NCBI GenBank assembly: GCA_902625325.1
Contig: CACOAW010000002.1
Location: forward strand, 14,971-78,970
DNA: 64,000 nt
Source: an uncultured Candidatus Poseidoniales archaeon
Lineage (GTDB): Archaea > Thermoplasmatota > Poseidoniia > Poseidoniales > Thalassarchaeaceae
Direction: 5' to 3'
Under the pieces are notes generated by a model. That model had not been told where the DNA came from, searched no databases, and saw only the letters and a list, made by a program, of their open reading frames with translations. Positions 1 to 11,389 of this stretch are shown in pieces (position 1 is the first letter of the stretch; each line of letters opens with the position of its first letter). The position numbers were made by a program, and so were the translations under genes.

Positions 1-1325
1 AGAAGTTCGAGACCTTAGCGAGTCTACATGAGGTTGAAGCAACAGCAGTCGGAGAGTTCACCGATTCCGGGGCATTCGTGGTCCATCATGGACAGACTCC
101 CGTTGCACATCTGCCTATTCATTTCCTATTCGACGGATGCCCACAACTCAATCTAGAATCCGAGTGGAGTCCCCCGACTCACTTACCGGTAGAGACGCCC
201 GAACTGGATGAGAAAGGAATGGGGAAACTCCTCACCCGGCTCCTAGCCAGACCCAACGTAGCCAGCAAGGAATGGTGGGTCCGTTCCTACGACCACGAGG
301 TGATAGCCCAGAGCGTAATCAAGCCATTCTGTGGTACTAACCACGATGCTCCAGGGGACGCTGCTGTGATAGCGCCCATCCAAGGAGGGACCCAGGGGCT
401 AGTTATCTCGAACGGCATCGCTCCAAGATACTCTGACATAGATTCCTATGCAATGGCGGCGGCCTCCGTCGATGAGGCCCTAAGGAACGCCGTATGTGTA
501 GGGGTGGACCTAGATCTCATTGCAGGCCTCGACAACTTCTGCTGGCCGGACCCAATCGAGTCTTCCAAGACCCCGGATGGACGGTACAAACTGGCTCAAC
601 TGGTGAGAGCGAACAGAGCATTGGATGACGTCTGCAGGGCATACAGGCTACCATGTATCAGCGGAAAGGACTCCATGAAGAACGATGCTATGATGGGAGG
701 AGAGAAGATCAGCGTCCCACCAACCCTGCTATTCAGTCTGCTCGGAAACCACGAAGACGTCCGGAAAGCAGTCTCGTCGGACTTCAAGAAACCCGGAGAC
801 GCGATATTCCTAGTCGGAGAGACACATCAGGAACTCGGCGCTAGTGAATTAGCATTCATGCTGAGGGATGAGGGCTCAGGAGGGATAGGGGGAGCCGTAC
901 CGGAAATCGAACCAGAGAGGAACATGACAGTCTACAGGGCCCTTACTTCATCCATGAAGAGCGGACTAGTGTCAAGCGCCCATGACTGCAGCGATGGTGG
1001 CTTGGCCGTGGCTCTGGCGGAGTGCTGCTTCGGAGCTGACTCCGGAGCTTCGATCGACATATCCCCCCTCCAATCAGACTGCTCGAGTCTCGATGTTTGG
1101 GGGGCCCTTTTCGGAGAGAGCCTCGGCAGGATACTTGTAAGCGTCAGACCCACTGACAAGGAGGCCTTCGAGGAATCCATGGAGGGAGTATGCTGTCACT
1201 ACCTAGGACAGGTCTCCGAGGGAGACGCCATCTCAGTTTCCAGGGACGGAGAAAAAGTCCTCTTGGGCTCAATGTCGGAGATGAGGGACTCTTGGAAGGA
1301 CACACTACACGGAGGGGGGCTATGA
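1..1325 (+). CDS. purL: Phosphoribosylformylglycinamidine synthase PurL, 5'-partial
   Basis: Frame open from window start; motifs YDHEV, LDNFCWPDP, ISGKDSM, SAHDCSDGGLAVALAE, LFGES; followed by purQ. Confidence 0.95.
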   Translation, partial: KFETLASLHEVEATAVGEFTDSGAFVVHHGQTPVAHLPIHFLFDGCPQLNLESEWSPPTHLPVETPELDEKGMGKLLTRLLARPNVASKEWWVRSYDHEVIAQSVIKPFCGTNHDAPGDAAVIAPIQGGTQGLVISNGIAPRYSDIDSYAMAAASVDEALRNAVCVGVDLDLIAGLDNFCWPDPIESSKTPDGRYKLAQLVRANRALDDVCRAYRLPCISGKDSMKNDAMMGGEKISVPPTLLFSLLGNHEDVRKAVSSDFKKPGDAIFLVGETHQELGASELAFMLRDEGSGGIGGAVPEIEPERNMTVYRALTSSMKSGLVSSAHDCSDGGLAVALAECCFGADSGASIDISPLQSDCSSLDVWGALFGESLGRILVSVRPTDKEAFEESMEGVCCHYLGQVSEGDAISVSRDGEKVLLGSMSEMRDSWKDTLHGGGL

Positions 1326-2131
1326 TGACTCCCAGAGTAGCAGTTCTGTCGGGCTTTGGAATCAACTGCGAGACAGAGACCATGGCCGTATTTGAGATGT
1401 CAGGAGCCCATGCTGACAGGGTTCATGTGAACAGACTGGTCAACGGGGATTTGAATCTCTCAGACTATCAGATTATGGCGATACCCGGAGGATTCTCCTT
1501 CGGTGACCATCTAGGCAGTGGTAGGCTGATGGGAAACAGGCTTCGCTTCGGTTTGAGGGACCAAGTAAGGGGTTTCGTAAGGGATGGGAAACCTGTTATT
1601 GGTATATGCAACGGCTTCCAGGTACTTGTGAAGATGGGGCTTCTTCCCGGTGACAAAGAAGTCTCACTAACACAGACCGCCTCCCTAGCACTCAATGACA
1701 GCGGACACTACGAAAATAGATGGGCGACCCTTGAGTTCGACTCAAAGAGTCCATGCATATGGACAGCGGGACTCGAGCGCATCAGGGTCCCAGTTAGACA
1801 TGGGGAGGGTAAGTTCGTCACAGACGATCCCACTTTGATGGATAAATGGGCTGAGTCCGGCCAATTGGTCGCGAGGTACGTCGACCCTTCTACCGAATAC
1901 CCCAGTGCTAGCGACAACATCCTCCCTTACCCAATCTCTCCCAATCAGAGCTGGAGGAACGTCGCCGGAGTCTGTGACCCGACAGGGCTGGTTTTTGGGT
2001 TGATGCCACACCCCGAGGCAAACCATTCAACATGGCTCGGAGCCACATGGACCAGAGAAGACAATGAGCACGGACAGGGAGAGGGGTTGGCGATTTTTCA
2101 CAATGCAGTCAGTCACCTAATGGACGCCTGA
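1322..2131 (+). CDS. purQ: FGAM synthase glutaminase subunit PurQ
   Basis: GINCE, PGGFSFGDHL, GICNGFQ, HGEG, GLMPHPE; ATGA overlap with purL stop. Confidence 0.95.
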   Translation: MMTPRVAVLSGFGINCETETMAVFEMSGAHADRVHVNRLVNGDLNLSDYQIMAIPGGFSFGDHLGSGRLMGNRLRFGLRDQVRGFVRDGKPVIGICNGFQVLVKMGLLPGDKEVSLTQTASLALNDSGHYENRWATLEFDSKSPCIWTAGLERIRVPVRHGEGKFVTDDPTLMDKWAESGQLVARYVDPSTEYPSASDNILPYPISPNQSWRNVAGVCDPTGLVFGLMPHPEANHSTWLGATWTREDNEHGQGEGLAIFHNAVSHLMDA

Positions 2132-2136
2132 GCAAA

Positions 2137-2901
2137 TCAACCTAATTGCAGAATTCCCAATGCCCGCCTAGTTGCCGCTAGAATCAGTACCGCCACAAGT
2201 ATACCTCTGACACCCTTTTGGGAGGAGGATTTGGAGCCATACCTAGATCCTATCAAACCCCCCGCCAGTACAGTCATTCCGAAAGTAATCAGGAGACTAG
2301 GGTCTAGGTCAAGCCTTCCAGCGACCCCCGCTCCGACTAGTCCAGCGAGCGAGTTTACCCAGACGAAGAGGGCAGTCGCCGCCGCGGCCTCCTTCGCTTT
2401 AGCCCATCGTCCGAGCATTAGGGCGGGATGTAGGAGGATACCGCCACCCATGCCTATCACTCCACTTGCCAAGCCAATTCCACCTCCAACCACCGCTGCC
2501 TTGGTAGCACTCGGTCTGACTGCCTCGCCAACTCCCGCATCACCTGAAAGCAACCTCCAAGCCGCTACGATAAATGCTAGCGATAGCAATGCATCATACA
2601 CGACCCCTTCCACAAGCATGAATCCTCCAAGGGCGGCCATGGGCACGCTTGCGGAGATGAATGGAAGCGACAAATTCCTGACATGGTGACCAGACTTGTG
2701 GTAGTGCCAGAAGGCAATCCCAGCTACAATCAGATTTAGCGACCAAGCATATTGCTTGAGCCAAATTGACTCTGATGCAGCAAACGTCGTCATCGATAGG
2801 ACAGCTAGGTACCCCGAACCCCCCCCGAGCCCAACCGAGGAGTACAGGGATGCTACTGCGAAGAGGGCCAATAGAACAAGCACTAACTCAATGGAAACCA
2901 C
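2137..2901 (-). CDS. Sulfite exporter TauE/SafE family membrane protein
   Basis: Hydrophobic, two-fold repeat with GLGGG and GMGGG motifs; divergent from moeA. Confidence 0.8.
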   Translation of the reverse strand: MVSIELVLVLLALFAVASLYSSVGLGGGSGYLAVLSMTTFAASESIWLKQYAWSLNLIVAGIAFWHYHKSGHHVRNLSLPFISASVPMAALGGFMLVEGVVYDALLSLAFIVAAWRLLSGDAGVGEAVRPSATKAAVVGGGIGLASGVIGMGGGILLHPALMLGRWAKAKEAAAATALFVWVNSLAGLVGAGVAGRLDLDPSLLITFGMTVLAGGLIGSRYGSKSSSQKGVRGILVAVLILAATRRALGILQLG

Positions 2902-2950
2902 GAGGACCGCTTTGGGAAGGACACTTCAACTCCACCGTTTCTCGATGACC

Positions 2951-4159
2951 ATGGAGGTAGGAGTCTCCCTGCAAAGGGCAATTGAACTGACCAGCCAACT
3001 TACCCTAATCAGAGAAGAAGAGACAATTCCGTTGATTACGGCATCTGGGCGCACTCTTTTCGGGGATCTAAGATCAATGGTGGATGACCCGAGGTTCGAC
3101 AACTCCGCTATGGATGGATGGGCAGTAAGAGAGGTAGATTGCAAGGATGTAGGAGCCATACTAAGCATAGTGGGAACCAGCCAGGCGGGCTCTGAAGAAA
3201 TCCCGACGGTAGATGCAGGTGAAGCCTGCAGGATAATGACCGGTGCACCCCTCCCCCAGGGAGCGGATGCCATTGTGATGGTTGAAGACTCTACTGTTGC
3301 AGGGGACAAAGTAACAATCGTCGGACCGGCAAGACCCGACTTCATCCGCTGGAAGGGTGAGAACCTAACTCACGACACCGTGGCCTTGAGAGCTGGCACC
3401 GTTCTGACTCCGGCTTCGGTTTCTCTCGCAGCAACAATGGGCCATGCGAACATCAGGGTAGTAAGGAAACCTATCATTGCTGTGATTGGGGTCGGAGACG
3501 AGTTGACTCCTCCTGGGGAGCACCTCTCAGAGAACTCGATATACGAGTCCAACACCTTCGGGCTATCATCACTTGTGGAAAAGATGGGAGGAATCCCCAG
3601 GAGGTTCGATTTGATTAAGGACAGCATGGATCTTCTGAGAGAAACTCTAGACGAAGCTGCAGCGTCATGCGACGCCATTCTTACCAGTGGAGGGGTCAGT
3701 ATGGGGGAATGGGACATGGTTCGCAGAATAATGGAAGAAGAGGGAGATATTAGATTCTGGAAGATAATGATTAGGCCAGGAGGGCCACCCATTTTCGGCT
3801 CTTGGAGGGGGAAACCAATTTTCGGGCTTCCAGGAAATCCAGTCAGCAGCCACATCGTCTTCACGGTGCTCGTAGCACCATGGATGTCATCCAGTATGGG
3901 CTCCGAAGAGGGAACTAGACCCAGGCTTGCCAACAGAGTAAGAGTGGAGATGGAGGAGTCATTGAAGGGAGCGCCAGGGAAGCTGTGCATGAGGAGGATA
4001 TCTATCAGACAGGAGGGAGATAAACTGCTAGGCTCCACAAGAACGCACCAAGGAAGCGGCAATATCCACAGTATGGTAGCTCACAACGGCCTTTCTCTTC
4101 TCCCTCCGGATTCGGATTGTCAAGAGGGCGACACTATCGACGCTCTCTGGCTTCTCTAG
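2951..4159 (+). CDS. moeA: Molybdopterin molybdenumtransferase MoeA
   Basis: FDNSAMDGWA, IMTGAPLP, TSGGVSMG, GLPGNPVS; start 2945 or 2951. Confidence 0.93.
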   Translation: MEVGVSLQRAIELTSQLTLIREEETIPLITASGRTLFGDLRSMVDDPRFDNSAMDGWAVREVDCKDVGAILSIVGTSQAGSEEIPTVDAGEACRIMTGAPLPQGADAIVMVEDSTVAGDKVTIVGPARPDFIRWKGENLTHDTVALRAGTVLTPASVSLAATMGHANIRVVRKPIIAVIGVGDELTPPGEHLSENSIYESNTFGLSSLVEKMGGIPRRFDLIKDSMDLLRETLDEAAASCDAILTSGGVSMGEWDMVRRIMEEEGDIRFWKIMIRPGGPPIFGSWRGKPIFGLPGNPVSSHIVFTVLVAPWMSSSMGSEEGTRPRLANRVRVEMEESLKGAPGKLCMRRISIRQEGDKLLGSTRTHQGSGNIHSMVAHNGLSLLPPDSDCQEGDTIDALWLL

Positions 4160-4305
4160 ACACCAAACCTAAGAGCGATTGATTCCAATCAAAGTCTCAC
4201 TGTAACTAGAAGACTAAAGCAACCAAGATTAGATTCTGTGTGGATTTCTCAGGCATGGTTTCAAAGGAGCGCGCTGTGACTGATTACTCCGGACAAGGTG
4301 ACGCG

Positions 4306-7284
4306 ATGTCAGACAAGAAGAACAATGGCTTCTCCGAGGATGGTTGGATCGAGGTAAAGGGTGCCAGGACCCACAATCTGAAGAACATCGATGTTAGCAT
4401 ACCCAGAGGAAAGTTCGTCGTGATATCTGGGGTCTCAGGCTCCGGGAAATCAAGCTTAGCATTCGATACCCTGTATGCAGAGGGCCAAAGACGCTATGTC
4501 GAGAGCCTAAGCTCCTACGCAAGGCAGTTCCTCGGACAAATGAAGAAACCAGACTGCGACTCTATCGAAGGACTATCTCCGGCTATCAGCATAGATCAGA
4601 AGCAAGGAAGTCACAACCCCAGATCGACAGTTGCTACTGTGACTGAGATGATGGATTACATGCGACTTCTGTGGGCGAGGGTCGGACTCCCCCATTGTCC
4701 TGAATGTGGACGCGAGGTTAGCAGGAGGACCGTGCAGGAGATTGTCGACGATGTCATGTGGCGGTTTGAGGGACATGGAATAGCGATTTGGAGTCCTGCG
4801 ATTAGGAATCGAAAAGGAACTCACGCCGACTTGTTCAATGCTCTCGTGGACCAAGGATACCTTGCAGGCAAGGTAAATGGAAGAGAGGCTAGCTTCGAAG
4901 ACCCCCCACGCTTGGAAAAGAATCTGAGACACGATATAGACGTCAGAGTTGACAGACTGCTGCTGACACAACCCAACAGACAGAGACTAACAGAGGGGGT
5001 AGAGGCGGGATTGCGCCTCGGAGCAGGGTCCGTTGCTGTGGAGAGTCTGAGTGCGCCCAAACCCGGGGAAGACAATGCAGAAGAGCAGAGATTCAGGACC
5101 CAGGAGGGAGAGGTAATCGCTTACTCGGAGGAGTTTGCATGCCCAACCCACGGCTCCTTTTTACCTGAGATGAGCCCCAGAGTGTTCTCGTTCAACAACC
5201 CCCTAGGAGCGTGCCCCACCTGTCAGGGACTAGGGGTCGAGAGGTCATTCTCTCCCGATCTCGTAATCGATAGGACAGCTACGGTGGGGGAGGGATGCAT
5301 CAGGCCTTTCCGGAGGTCGATGATGTCCGGTTGGTACCGTAGCCAGATGACTCAGACATGCGACCACTTCGGTATACCCACAGACGTCCCATTCGGAGAA
5401 TTGGACGAGGACAGTCGAGATATAATGCTTAATGGCTCAGGAGGCGAGGTGATCAATTTCGAGTTCAACTCTGAGAAAGGGTCCTCATACACTATGTCCA
5501 GACCCTGGGAAGGGGTCTTCTCCAGACTCGCTCGAACATACAAGGATACCAGCTCAGAGAGAACCAGGTCTAGGCTATCCTCATTCATGACCGACGAGCC
5601 ATGTTCTGACTGCCGCGGAGACAAACTGAACGATGCCGTCTGCAAGGTCACCGTCGGCGGTGTGAATCTTCCAGGGATTTCAAGTTGCAGTGTGCTGGAA
5701 GCCTTGGCCGTTGTACAGAATTGGAGGCTGGGGGGCTTGGACGATACATGGGACAATCTCGACAGAGACGCCCCAGACAGCGTCACGGTCCGATCGACGG
5801 AGAGGCTAGACGAGCGTTCAATGTACATAGGAAAGGAGATTATCAAGGAGATAGAGTCCAGGCTCAGGTTCCTTGCCTTGGTCGGGCTAGACTACCTGAC
5901 ACTTGATCGAAGGGCTAACACTCTCTCGGGCGGGGAGAGTCAGAGGATACGATTGGCAACTCAGATTGGCACCCGATTAACCGGCGTAATGTACGTCTTG
6001 GATGAGCCTAGTATCGGCCTTCATCCCAGGGATAACGACAGACTATTGCAGACACTAAGGGAACTAACAGATCTCGGGAATACGCTGCTGGTTGTGGAGC
6101 ACGATGAGGCGACAATGAAGCAGGCAGATTGGCTGGTCGATCTCGGACCCGGCGCTGGGAAGAACGGCGGCCAACTGGTCGTGAGCGGGACCTACCCAGA
6201 TCTCCTACGAAGCGATGAGAGCCCCACAGCCGCATATCTGTCGGGGAGGGAGGGGATCCCGGTTCCCGACGACAGAGTCGAGCCTGATGATGAACGCTGG
6301 ATCAAGATTTCAGGTGCCCGACAGAACAACCTCCAGGATATCAATGTCAGGATACCCCTCGGCTGCATGGTAGCCGTTACCGGAGTTTCGGGATCCGGCA
6401 AGTCGTCTCTGGTTACTGAGACACTCGCACCAGCACTTCTCAGACACCTACACGGAACAGACTCAACCCCCGGCGCTATGGATGGGATTACAGGCCTGGA
6501 AATGGTGGACAAGGCCATAGTGATCGACCAATCACCCATTGGAAGGACTCCAAGATCAAATCCAGCAACCTACACGGGTGCGTTCGGACCAATCAGGGAC
6601 CTATTCACACAGACAAAATTGGCGAAGGAAAGGGGATACGAACCAGGACAGTTCTCCTTCAATGTCAGAGGAGGGAGGTGCGAGGCATGCAGCGGAGCGG
6701 GCTCTACTAAACTGGAAATGAACTTCCTACCAGACGTGTGGGTAACGTGCGAAGTGTGCAAGGGCAAGAGGTACACCAGGGAGACACTAGAGGTCAAGTG
6801 GAAGGGCAAGACGATTCATGATATTCTCGAATTGAGCGTTGACGAGGCATGCGTCTTCTTCGAGAATCAACCCAGGATCCACAGGATAGTCAAGACGGTC
6901 CAGGATGTTGGATTGGGATACATCAGGCTAGGACAGCCTGCAACAACACTCTCTGGAGGAGAGGCCCAACGAGTCAAGTTGGCAACCGAACTCCACAGAC
7001 CACCAAGGAAGCACACATTCTACATCTTGGACGAACCGACTACGGGACTGGCTCTATCAGACGTCCATCAACTCATCGAAGTCCTACTGCGGCTACGACG
7101 CAACGGTCACACGGTGATAGTAATAGAACACCACCTCGATGTGATCAAGTGCGCAGACTGGATCATCGACCTAGGTCCGGAGGGAGGAGAGTTGGGGGGA
7201 GAGGTGGTAGTGGCGGGAACGCCTAACGAGGTCGCTAGGGAGCCTGGAAGCTATACGGGTCAACACCTAAACGGCATGGTCTGA
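4306..7284 (+). CDS. uvrA: Excinuclease ABC subunit UvrA
   Basis: Two GVSGSGKSS Walker A motifs, LSGGE signatures, Zn fingers, GARTHNLKN. Confidence 0.97.
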   Translation: MSDKKNNGFSEDGWIEVKGARTHNLKNIDVSIPRGKFVVISGVSGSGKSSLAFDTLYAEGQRRYVESLSSYARQFLGQMKKPDCDSIEGLSPAISIDQKQGSHNPRSTVATVTEMMDYMRLLWARVGLPHCPECGREVSRRTVQEIVDDVMWRFEGHGIAIWSPAIRNRKGTHADLFNALVDQGYLAGKVNGREASFEDPPRLEKNLRHDIDVRVDRLLLTQPNRQRLTEGVEAGLRLGAGSVAVESLSAPKPGEDNAEEQRFRTQEGEVIAYSEEFACPTHGSFLPEMSPRVFSFNNPLGACPTCQGLGVERSFSPDLVIDRTATVGEGCIRPFRRSMMSGWYRSQMTQTCDHFGIPTDVPFGELDEDSRDIMLNGSGGEVINFEFNSEKGSSYTMSRPWEGVFSRLARTYKDTSSERTRSRLSSFMTDEPCSDCRGDKLNDAVCKVTVGGVNLPGISSCSVLEALAVVQNWRLGGLDDTWDNLDRDAPDSVTVRSTERLDERSMYIGKEIIKEIESRLRFLALVGLDYLTLDRRANTLSGGESQRIRLATQIGTRLTGVMYVLDEPSIGLHPRDNDRLLQTLRELTDLGNTLLVVEHDEATMKQADWLVDLGPGAGKNGGQLVVSGTYPDLLRSDESPTAAYLSGREGIPVPDDRVEPDDERWIKISGARQNNLQDINVRIPLGCMVAVTGVSGSGKSSLVTETLAPALLRHLHGTDSTPGAMDGITGLEMVDKAIVIDQSPIGRTPRSNPATYTGAFGPIRDLFTQTKLAKERGYEPGQFSFNVRGGRCEACSGAGSTKLEMNFLPDVWVTCEVCKGKRYTRETLEVKWKGKTIHDILELSVDEACVFFENQPRIHRIVKTVQDVGLGYIRLGQPATTLSGGEAQRVKLATELHRPPRKHTFYILDEPTTGLALSDVHQLIEVLLRLRRNGHTVIVIEHHLDVIKCADWIIDLGPEGGELGGEVVVAGTPNEVAREPGSYTGQHLNGMV

Positions 7285-7330
7285 CAGAACCAATCCCAAG
7301 CCTTGAGAACCCCGACCGGAACCGATATCT

Positions 7331-8095
7331 ATGTACAGATCGGGGAATCCCGCACTCAATGACTCTACATTCCAGAAATCTGCCTACAAAGACGCTCCTT
7401 GGTGGGAGGGATACGAGTCCAACATGATGACAATCGAGGGAGTAGCGGAGAAAACGGGGCTCCTCCTCCTGATTACGGCCACAACAGCACTGTTCACCGC
7501 TTTCTCAATGCCTGATAGTGCCCCACTTATCCTAGTCGGTGCAATTGGTGGCTTAGTCGTAGCCTTGATTGTGATTTTCTCCGGGTCCACTAATCCGATG
7601 CTAATATGCACATACGCAGCACTAGAGGGGCTTGTAATAGGGGGGATAACCTGGTTTTTCGAAGTGGGCCTCGACCTTCCAGGGATTGGAATCCTAGCAG
7701 CATTCCTTACCTTCATGATTCTCGCATCGATGATTGCGATTTACAGAGCGGGCCTAATCAGGTGGGACAGGAATCTAGCGATAGCAGTCTATTCCTCGAT
7801 GTTTGCTATAATTTTGATCTACATATTCTCAATTATTGGTGCAGTCACGGGGTTGTTTCAAGTCCCTTACATCCACGATGCGACTCCTGTAGGGATAGCG
7901 TTCTCGCTTTTTGTCGTAGGAATCGGAGCACTCTGCCTCGTGGCAGACTTCGATTTCATTGAGAGGGGTGTCCAGATGGGAGCACCAAAGCAATTGGAGT
8001 GGAGAGCCGCCTTTGGGCTGATGGTCACACTTATCTGGTTGTACCTGGAAATTCTGGAGTTGCTGGCCAAGATTGCCATTTACTCGAGGCGCTAG
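7331..8095 (+). CDS. Bax inhibitor-1/YccA family membrane protein
   Basis: N-terminal SGNP; C-terminal DFDFIE..EWRAAFGLMVTLIWLYLEIL; about 7 TM helices. Confidence 0.85.
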   Translation: MYRSGNPALNDSTFQKSAYKDAPWWEGYESNMMTIEGVAEKTGLLLLITATTALFTAFSMPDSAPLILVGAIGGLVVALIVIFSGSTNPMLICTYAALEGLVIGGITWFFEVGLDLPGIGILAAFLTFMILASMIAIYRAGLIRWDRNLAIAVYSSMFAIILIYIFSIIGAVTGLFQVPYIHDATPVGIAFSLFVVGIGALCLVADFDFIERGVQMGAPKQLEWRAAFGLMVTLIWLYLEILELLAKIAIYSRR

Positions 8096-8737
8096 ATGAT
8101 GCAAACAGATCTCGTTTTGCAGCTATCCTTAGCTGGGATAGCACTCGGTCTGTTCGAGGGAGTTCGCCCGGGCCCCCTACTGACCATGGTAGTCCGAGAG
8201 ACTCTAACCGGAGGGTGGTCCGCAGGTGCAAGGGCCGCATCAGCTCCAATATTCACGGATGGTCCCTTAATCCTGATCAGCGTACTGCTGTCAGGATGGG
8301 TCGCCGATCAGCCTAGTCTTATGTTCACGATTTCCATGCTGGGAGCTTGTTTCCTACTCTGGTTCGGTATCGATTGCTTCAGAATAGAACCACCTGATTC
8401 TGATATCGGACAGCAGGAGGTCACTGGATCATTCAGCAGGGGGGTGATTACGAATCTTCTGAATCCGAATGTGTACGTGTTCTGGTTCCTAATCGGCGGC
8501 CCTCTGATGGCGTCAGCAGCAGACGAGGAGCCTGTGGCTCCTGTGGCCTACGCACTATCATTCCTGGTAACGATTATCATCGTAAAGATGGTTATAGCCC
8601 TCATCTTCGATAGGACACGTGGTTCTATGTCGCCAAGGGTATACAAAATTGCATTGGAAATTTGCGGTCTGGGCATGATCGGATTCTCTGCTGGTTTCAT
8701 TTACCAGGCTTATGAGCTGTTCCCGGAGGCATTCTAA
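8096..8737 (+). CDS. LysE family transporter
   Basis: PGP motif near N-terminus, NLLNP, multiple TM helices. Confidence 0.85.
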   Translation: MMQTDLVLQLSLAGIALGLFEGVRPGPLLTMVVRETLTGGWSAGARAASAPIFTDGPLILISVLLSGWVADQPSLMFTISMLGACFLLWFGIDCFRIEPPDSDIGQQEVTGSFSRGVITNLLNPNVYVFWFLIGGPLMASAADEEPVAPVAYALSFLVTIIIVKMVIALIFDRTRGSMSPRVYKIALEICGLGMIGFSAGFIYQAYELFPEAF

Positions 8738-8759
8738 CGCTGAATCCGGGATACTTAGC

Positions 8760-10478
8760 CTATGGCAACGAGCCAGACCCGCTTACCTCAGCCAACCACT
8801 CCATAGCAGAGCGATAGTCTGACTCTGCCTCAAGATCGTCTTCAAGCAGAAGCGCCTGAGCTGCGTCCCAGAGCGCCCTCAGCGCTGGGACCCAGTCGCC
8901 CCCCTTGTCGCGGCTCTCCTCATCGAATCTCCATGCATCCGACTCCGTCTTTTCGTGGACTACCAACCATGCCCAGCCCATGGATGACTCCAAACCTCTA
9001 CCCTTCCTAGCCATGGAGACAGTGGAGGCGACCCCATCATCAGCGGCCTTCCGCACCAACTCGTCTGCGAATGATAGAGGGCCAGGGAGAGTTCCGCTCT
9101 CCCAAGGAAGTCTATCTAGCTTCATTGCAGTGCTCAGCGACTCGCTTAACTCTCGTAGAAAAGCTCCGAACCCCTGTTTCCTCTTCGACTGTCTTGAGTG
9201 AACCCTCTCCGCCTCCTCTCCTACCAGCCCGAACAAATCCTCCAGGATTGTTTCACCGTGCTCTTCCCAGAGTGAAACCAGAACAGGGTGGCATGACGAA
9301 TCTTCGAGCCTCACGACCTTTTCATCCAGGCTCACTACGACGCCATCCGACCTGACGTGAATTCCATCGTCTAACGAATCAAGTACACAGGAGAGCGCCC
9401 GGCGCTCGTCCTCCGTCCCACTCATGTGTTCAAGGAACTCCTCTCCATCATTATCGGAGAACCAGTTACTACCAACGACGAATCCATCGGTAATGGAGTT
9501 CAGAATACTGTACCTACACGCCCTTGCTACCGCATTGTCCTCCAAAGACATCTTGAGCCAGGTATTCAGCACTTCATCCACTCTCTCAAGACCCTCTTCG
9601 GGCAGAGCTCTGTCCTCAGGCCACCCCTCTGGCCTCCATATCCAAGCCGCCTCGCAGACCTCGCCGAGTTTATTGGGAGGCATCATCGACACAGCCATGC
9701 TCCTTGCCACGGGCTCTTCTGTCTTGGCCAGCGCTGCAGGGGAGAGACCTACCCTAGTTCCATCAGAGAACTCGAGCTTCAGCCAGCCATCAGCCGTCCC
9801 TGACTCCGAGGCAACTGTCTCTTCGTCCAGTCCCGAGGACCACTTGCAAGAATCTCCCTGTAGATCCAATGAAGTGTTCCCAAGCGTCCACTGCACCCAC
9901 TCGGACGGAGGAGCCGGCTCAAATCCAGTGAACACGAAACCCCCATCCCACGAGAAGAAGTACTGACCAGCCTTGGCGTGGTCATCCCAGACCAAAAGCC
10001 TCAGCCGGGGGTGGTTGAAGTTCTGTATACCCACAAGATGGCCAGGCCTACCGCTTCCTCTCTTTAGGTAGCTAGCGTTACCATAGACGTCGCTCTTGAA
10101 TACGGAGACCGTTGTCAAATCCTCCTCAGATGCTGCTACCAGACTCCCAGCAAGGGAACGGGATACATCCCCCCCGCTTCTTTTGGACATCCTCTTCTTC
10201 AGCCACCTGATATCGTTTCTTTTTGAGGAGACAGCTTTGAGCTCGTGCAACGTCAACGCCATGGGGTCCTTACTCCCGAAGAGGGAGACCTTCCCCAACT
10301 CCCCGAGTATCTCTGGAAGGAAACTCTCTGGGTTTTCCAGCAGTGCGTCCAGACTTCTCTCGAGCCTCTGCTGGATTTCTCTCGAAGCCTGTTTAATCCC
10401 CCTTACCCTCACTCTCTTCCTACGGCTCCTGTCACCCGGGAAACGAACTTCTGCGGGAGGCTTGGCCATGATATCCAT
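8760..10478 (-). CDS. Hypothetical soluble protein (~570 aa)
   Basis: Long ORF with no recognised motif; start 10469, 10478 or 10493. Confidence 0.7.
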   Translation of the reverse strand: MDIMAKPPAEVRFPGDRSRRKRVRVRGIKQASREIQQRLERSLDALLENPESFLPEILGELGKVSLFGSKDPMALTLHELKAVSSKRNDIRWLKKRMSKRSGGDVSRSLAGSLVAASEEDLTTVSVFKSDVYGNASYLKRGSGRPGHLVGIQNFNHPRLRLLVWDDHAKAGQYFFSWDGGFVFTGFEPAPPSEWVQWTLGNTSLDLQGDSCKWSSGLDEETVASESGTADGWLKLEFSDGTRVGLSPAALAKTEEPVARSMAVSMMPPNKLGEVCEAAWIWRPEGWPEDRALPEEGLERVDEVLNTWLKMSLEDNAVARACRYSILNSITDGFVVGSNWFSDNDGEEFLEHMSGTEDERRALSCVLDSLDDGIHVRSDGVVVSLDEKVVRLEDSSCHPVLVSLWEEHGETILEDLFGLVGEEAERVHSRQSKRKQGFGAFLRELSESLSTAMKLDRLPWESGTLPGPLSFADELVRKAADDGVASTVSMARKGRGLESSMGWAWLVVHEKTESDAWRFDEESRDKGGDWVPALRALWDAAQALLLEDDLEAESDYRSAMEWLAEVSGSGSLP

Positions 10479-10517
10479 TCTACCGAAAGGCATCCCAGAC
10501 TTGAGTTCGTCGGGGCC

Positions 10518-11348
10518 CTACATCGTTCCCCTTCTGCAGAAAGCCTCTCTTTCGTTATCGCTCATTTCCGACGGTATTATGAGGGAGTGTACCCAACCTC
10601 CCTGAATCTTTGAGATTTCCTGAAGACTCCCAGAGAGGACTCTCTGCCCCTTAGTTCCAACATCACTCAGAAGCATTCCCTCCCACCCATTGACTGCCAA
10701 GACGCTTTTGTTTACCCACTCTATACTATCTCCCTCTTCCAACCACTTCTCTTCCATCCCCTCGAGGGCGGAAATGGCTTGCGAGGGACTCATGGGGGTT
10801 GGAAGGTTAGAACCCATCCCCGTCGGATCTAGATCTAGAAGAACCAGCGTATGCAAGCCACTTTCCATATTCCTCAGAATCATTTTTAGTGGAGACGTGA
10901 CAAGGTAATTTCCGTATGGATATGGCAGTGTGACCTGCCTTCCGAACTTGTAAGATTGAAGTCCAGATAGAGAGACGGCGAGCGAGGTGGCAGACATCCC
11001 AGGGATTACTTCGAAACTAATCCCCTCCTCTATGCATCTAGCCTCTAAATCTATGTGCGTGGTAGCTTGCATCGGGTCTCCAACGACCATAAGGGCCACT
11101 GAGTCGTTCCGGGACTCGTCCAGTAGAGCCTCAGGACTTTCCACAGACGGTCGCATCAGCCTCTCCCAGGGCCCTACCGCGCTCTCCAGCAGAGCCTCCT
11201 GATCGGTTGGCAGAACTGCGGTGTATCCCTCCAAGTACCTCTTTTTGCACCCCCGTGCCACACTCCGAGCCCTTTCAGTCATGTGTTCCAGATCCCCTGG
11301 ACCGATACCGATTAGCCATAGCCCGGCAGGAACCTCATCAGTTGTCAT
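10518..11348 (-). CDS. dph5: Diphthine synthase
   Basis: YLEGYT, GDPMQATTH, GLQSYKFG, GLHTLVLLD. Confidence 0.93.
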   Translation of the reverse strand: MTTDEVPAGLWLIGIGPGDLEHMTERARSVARGCKKRYLEGYTAVLPTDQEALLESAVGPWERLMRPSVESPEALLDESRNDSVALMVVGDPMQATTHIDLEARCIEEGISFEVIPGMSATSLAVSLSGLQSYKFGRQVTLPYPYGNYLVTSPLKMILRNMESGLHTLVLLDLDPTGMGSNLPTPMSPSQAISALEGMEEKWLEEGDSIEWVNKSVLAVNGWEGMLLSDVGTKGQRVLSGSLQEISKIQGGWVHSLIIPSEMSDNEREAFCRRGTM

Positions 11349-11389
11349 CCCCCTTCCCTATGCTCTCATGCACATCAATATAATGTGAC

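Noticed and set aside
8093-8098. In-frame TAG-ATG junction between the YccA-like and LysE genes, suggesting amber or pyrrolysine readthrough
   Set aside because: Both proteins are full-length members of unrelated families, TAG ends many genes here, and no pyl genes are seen; simple translational coupling suffices
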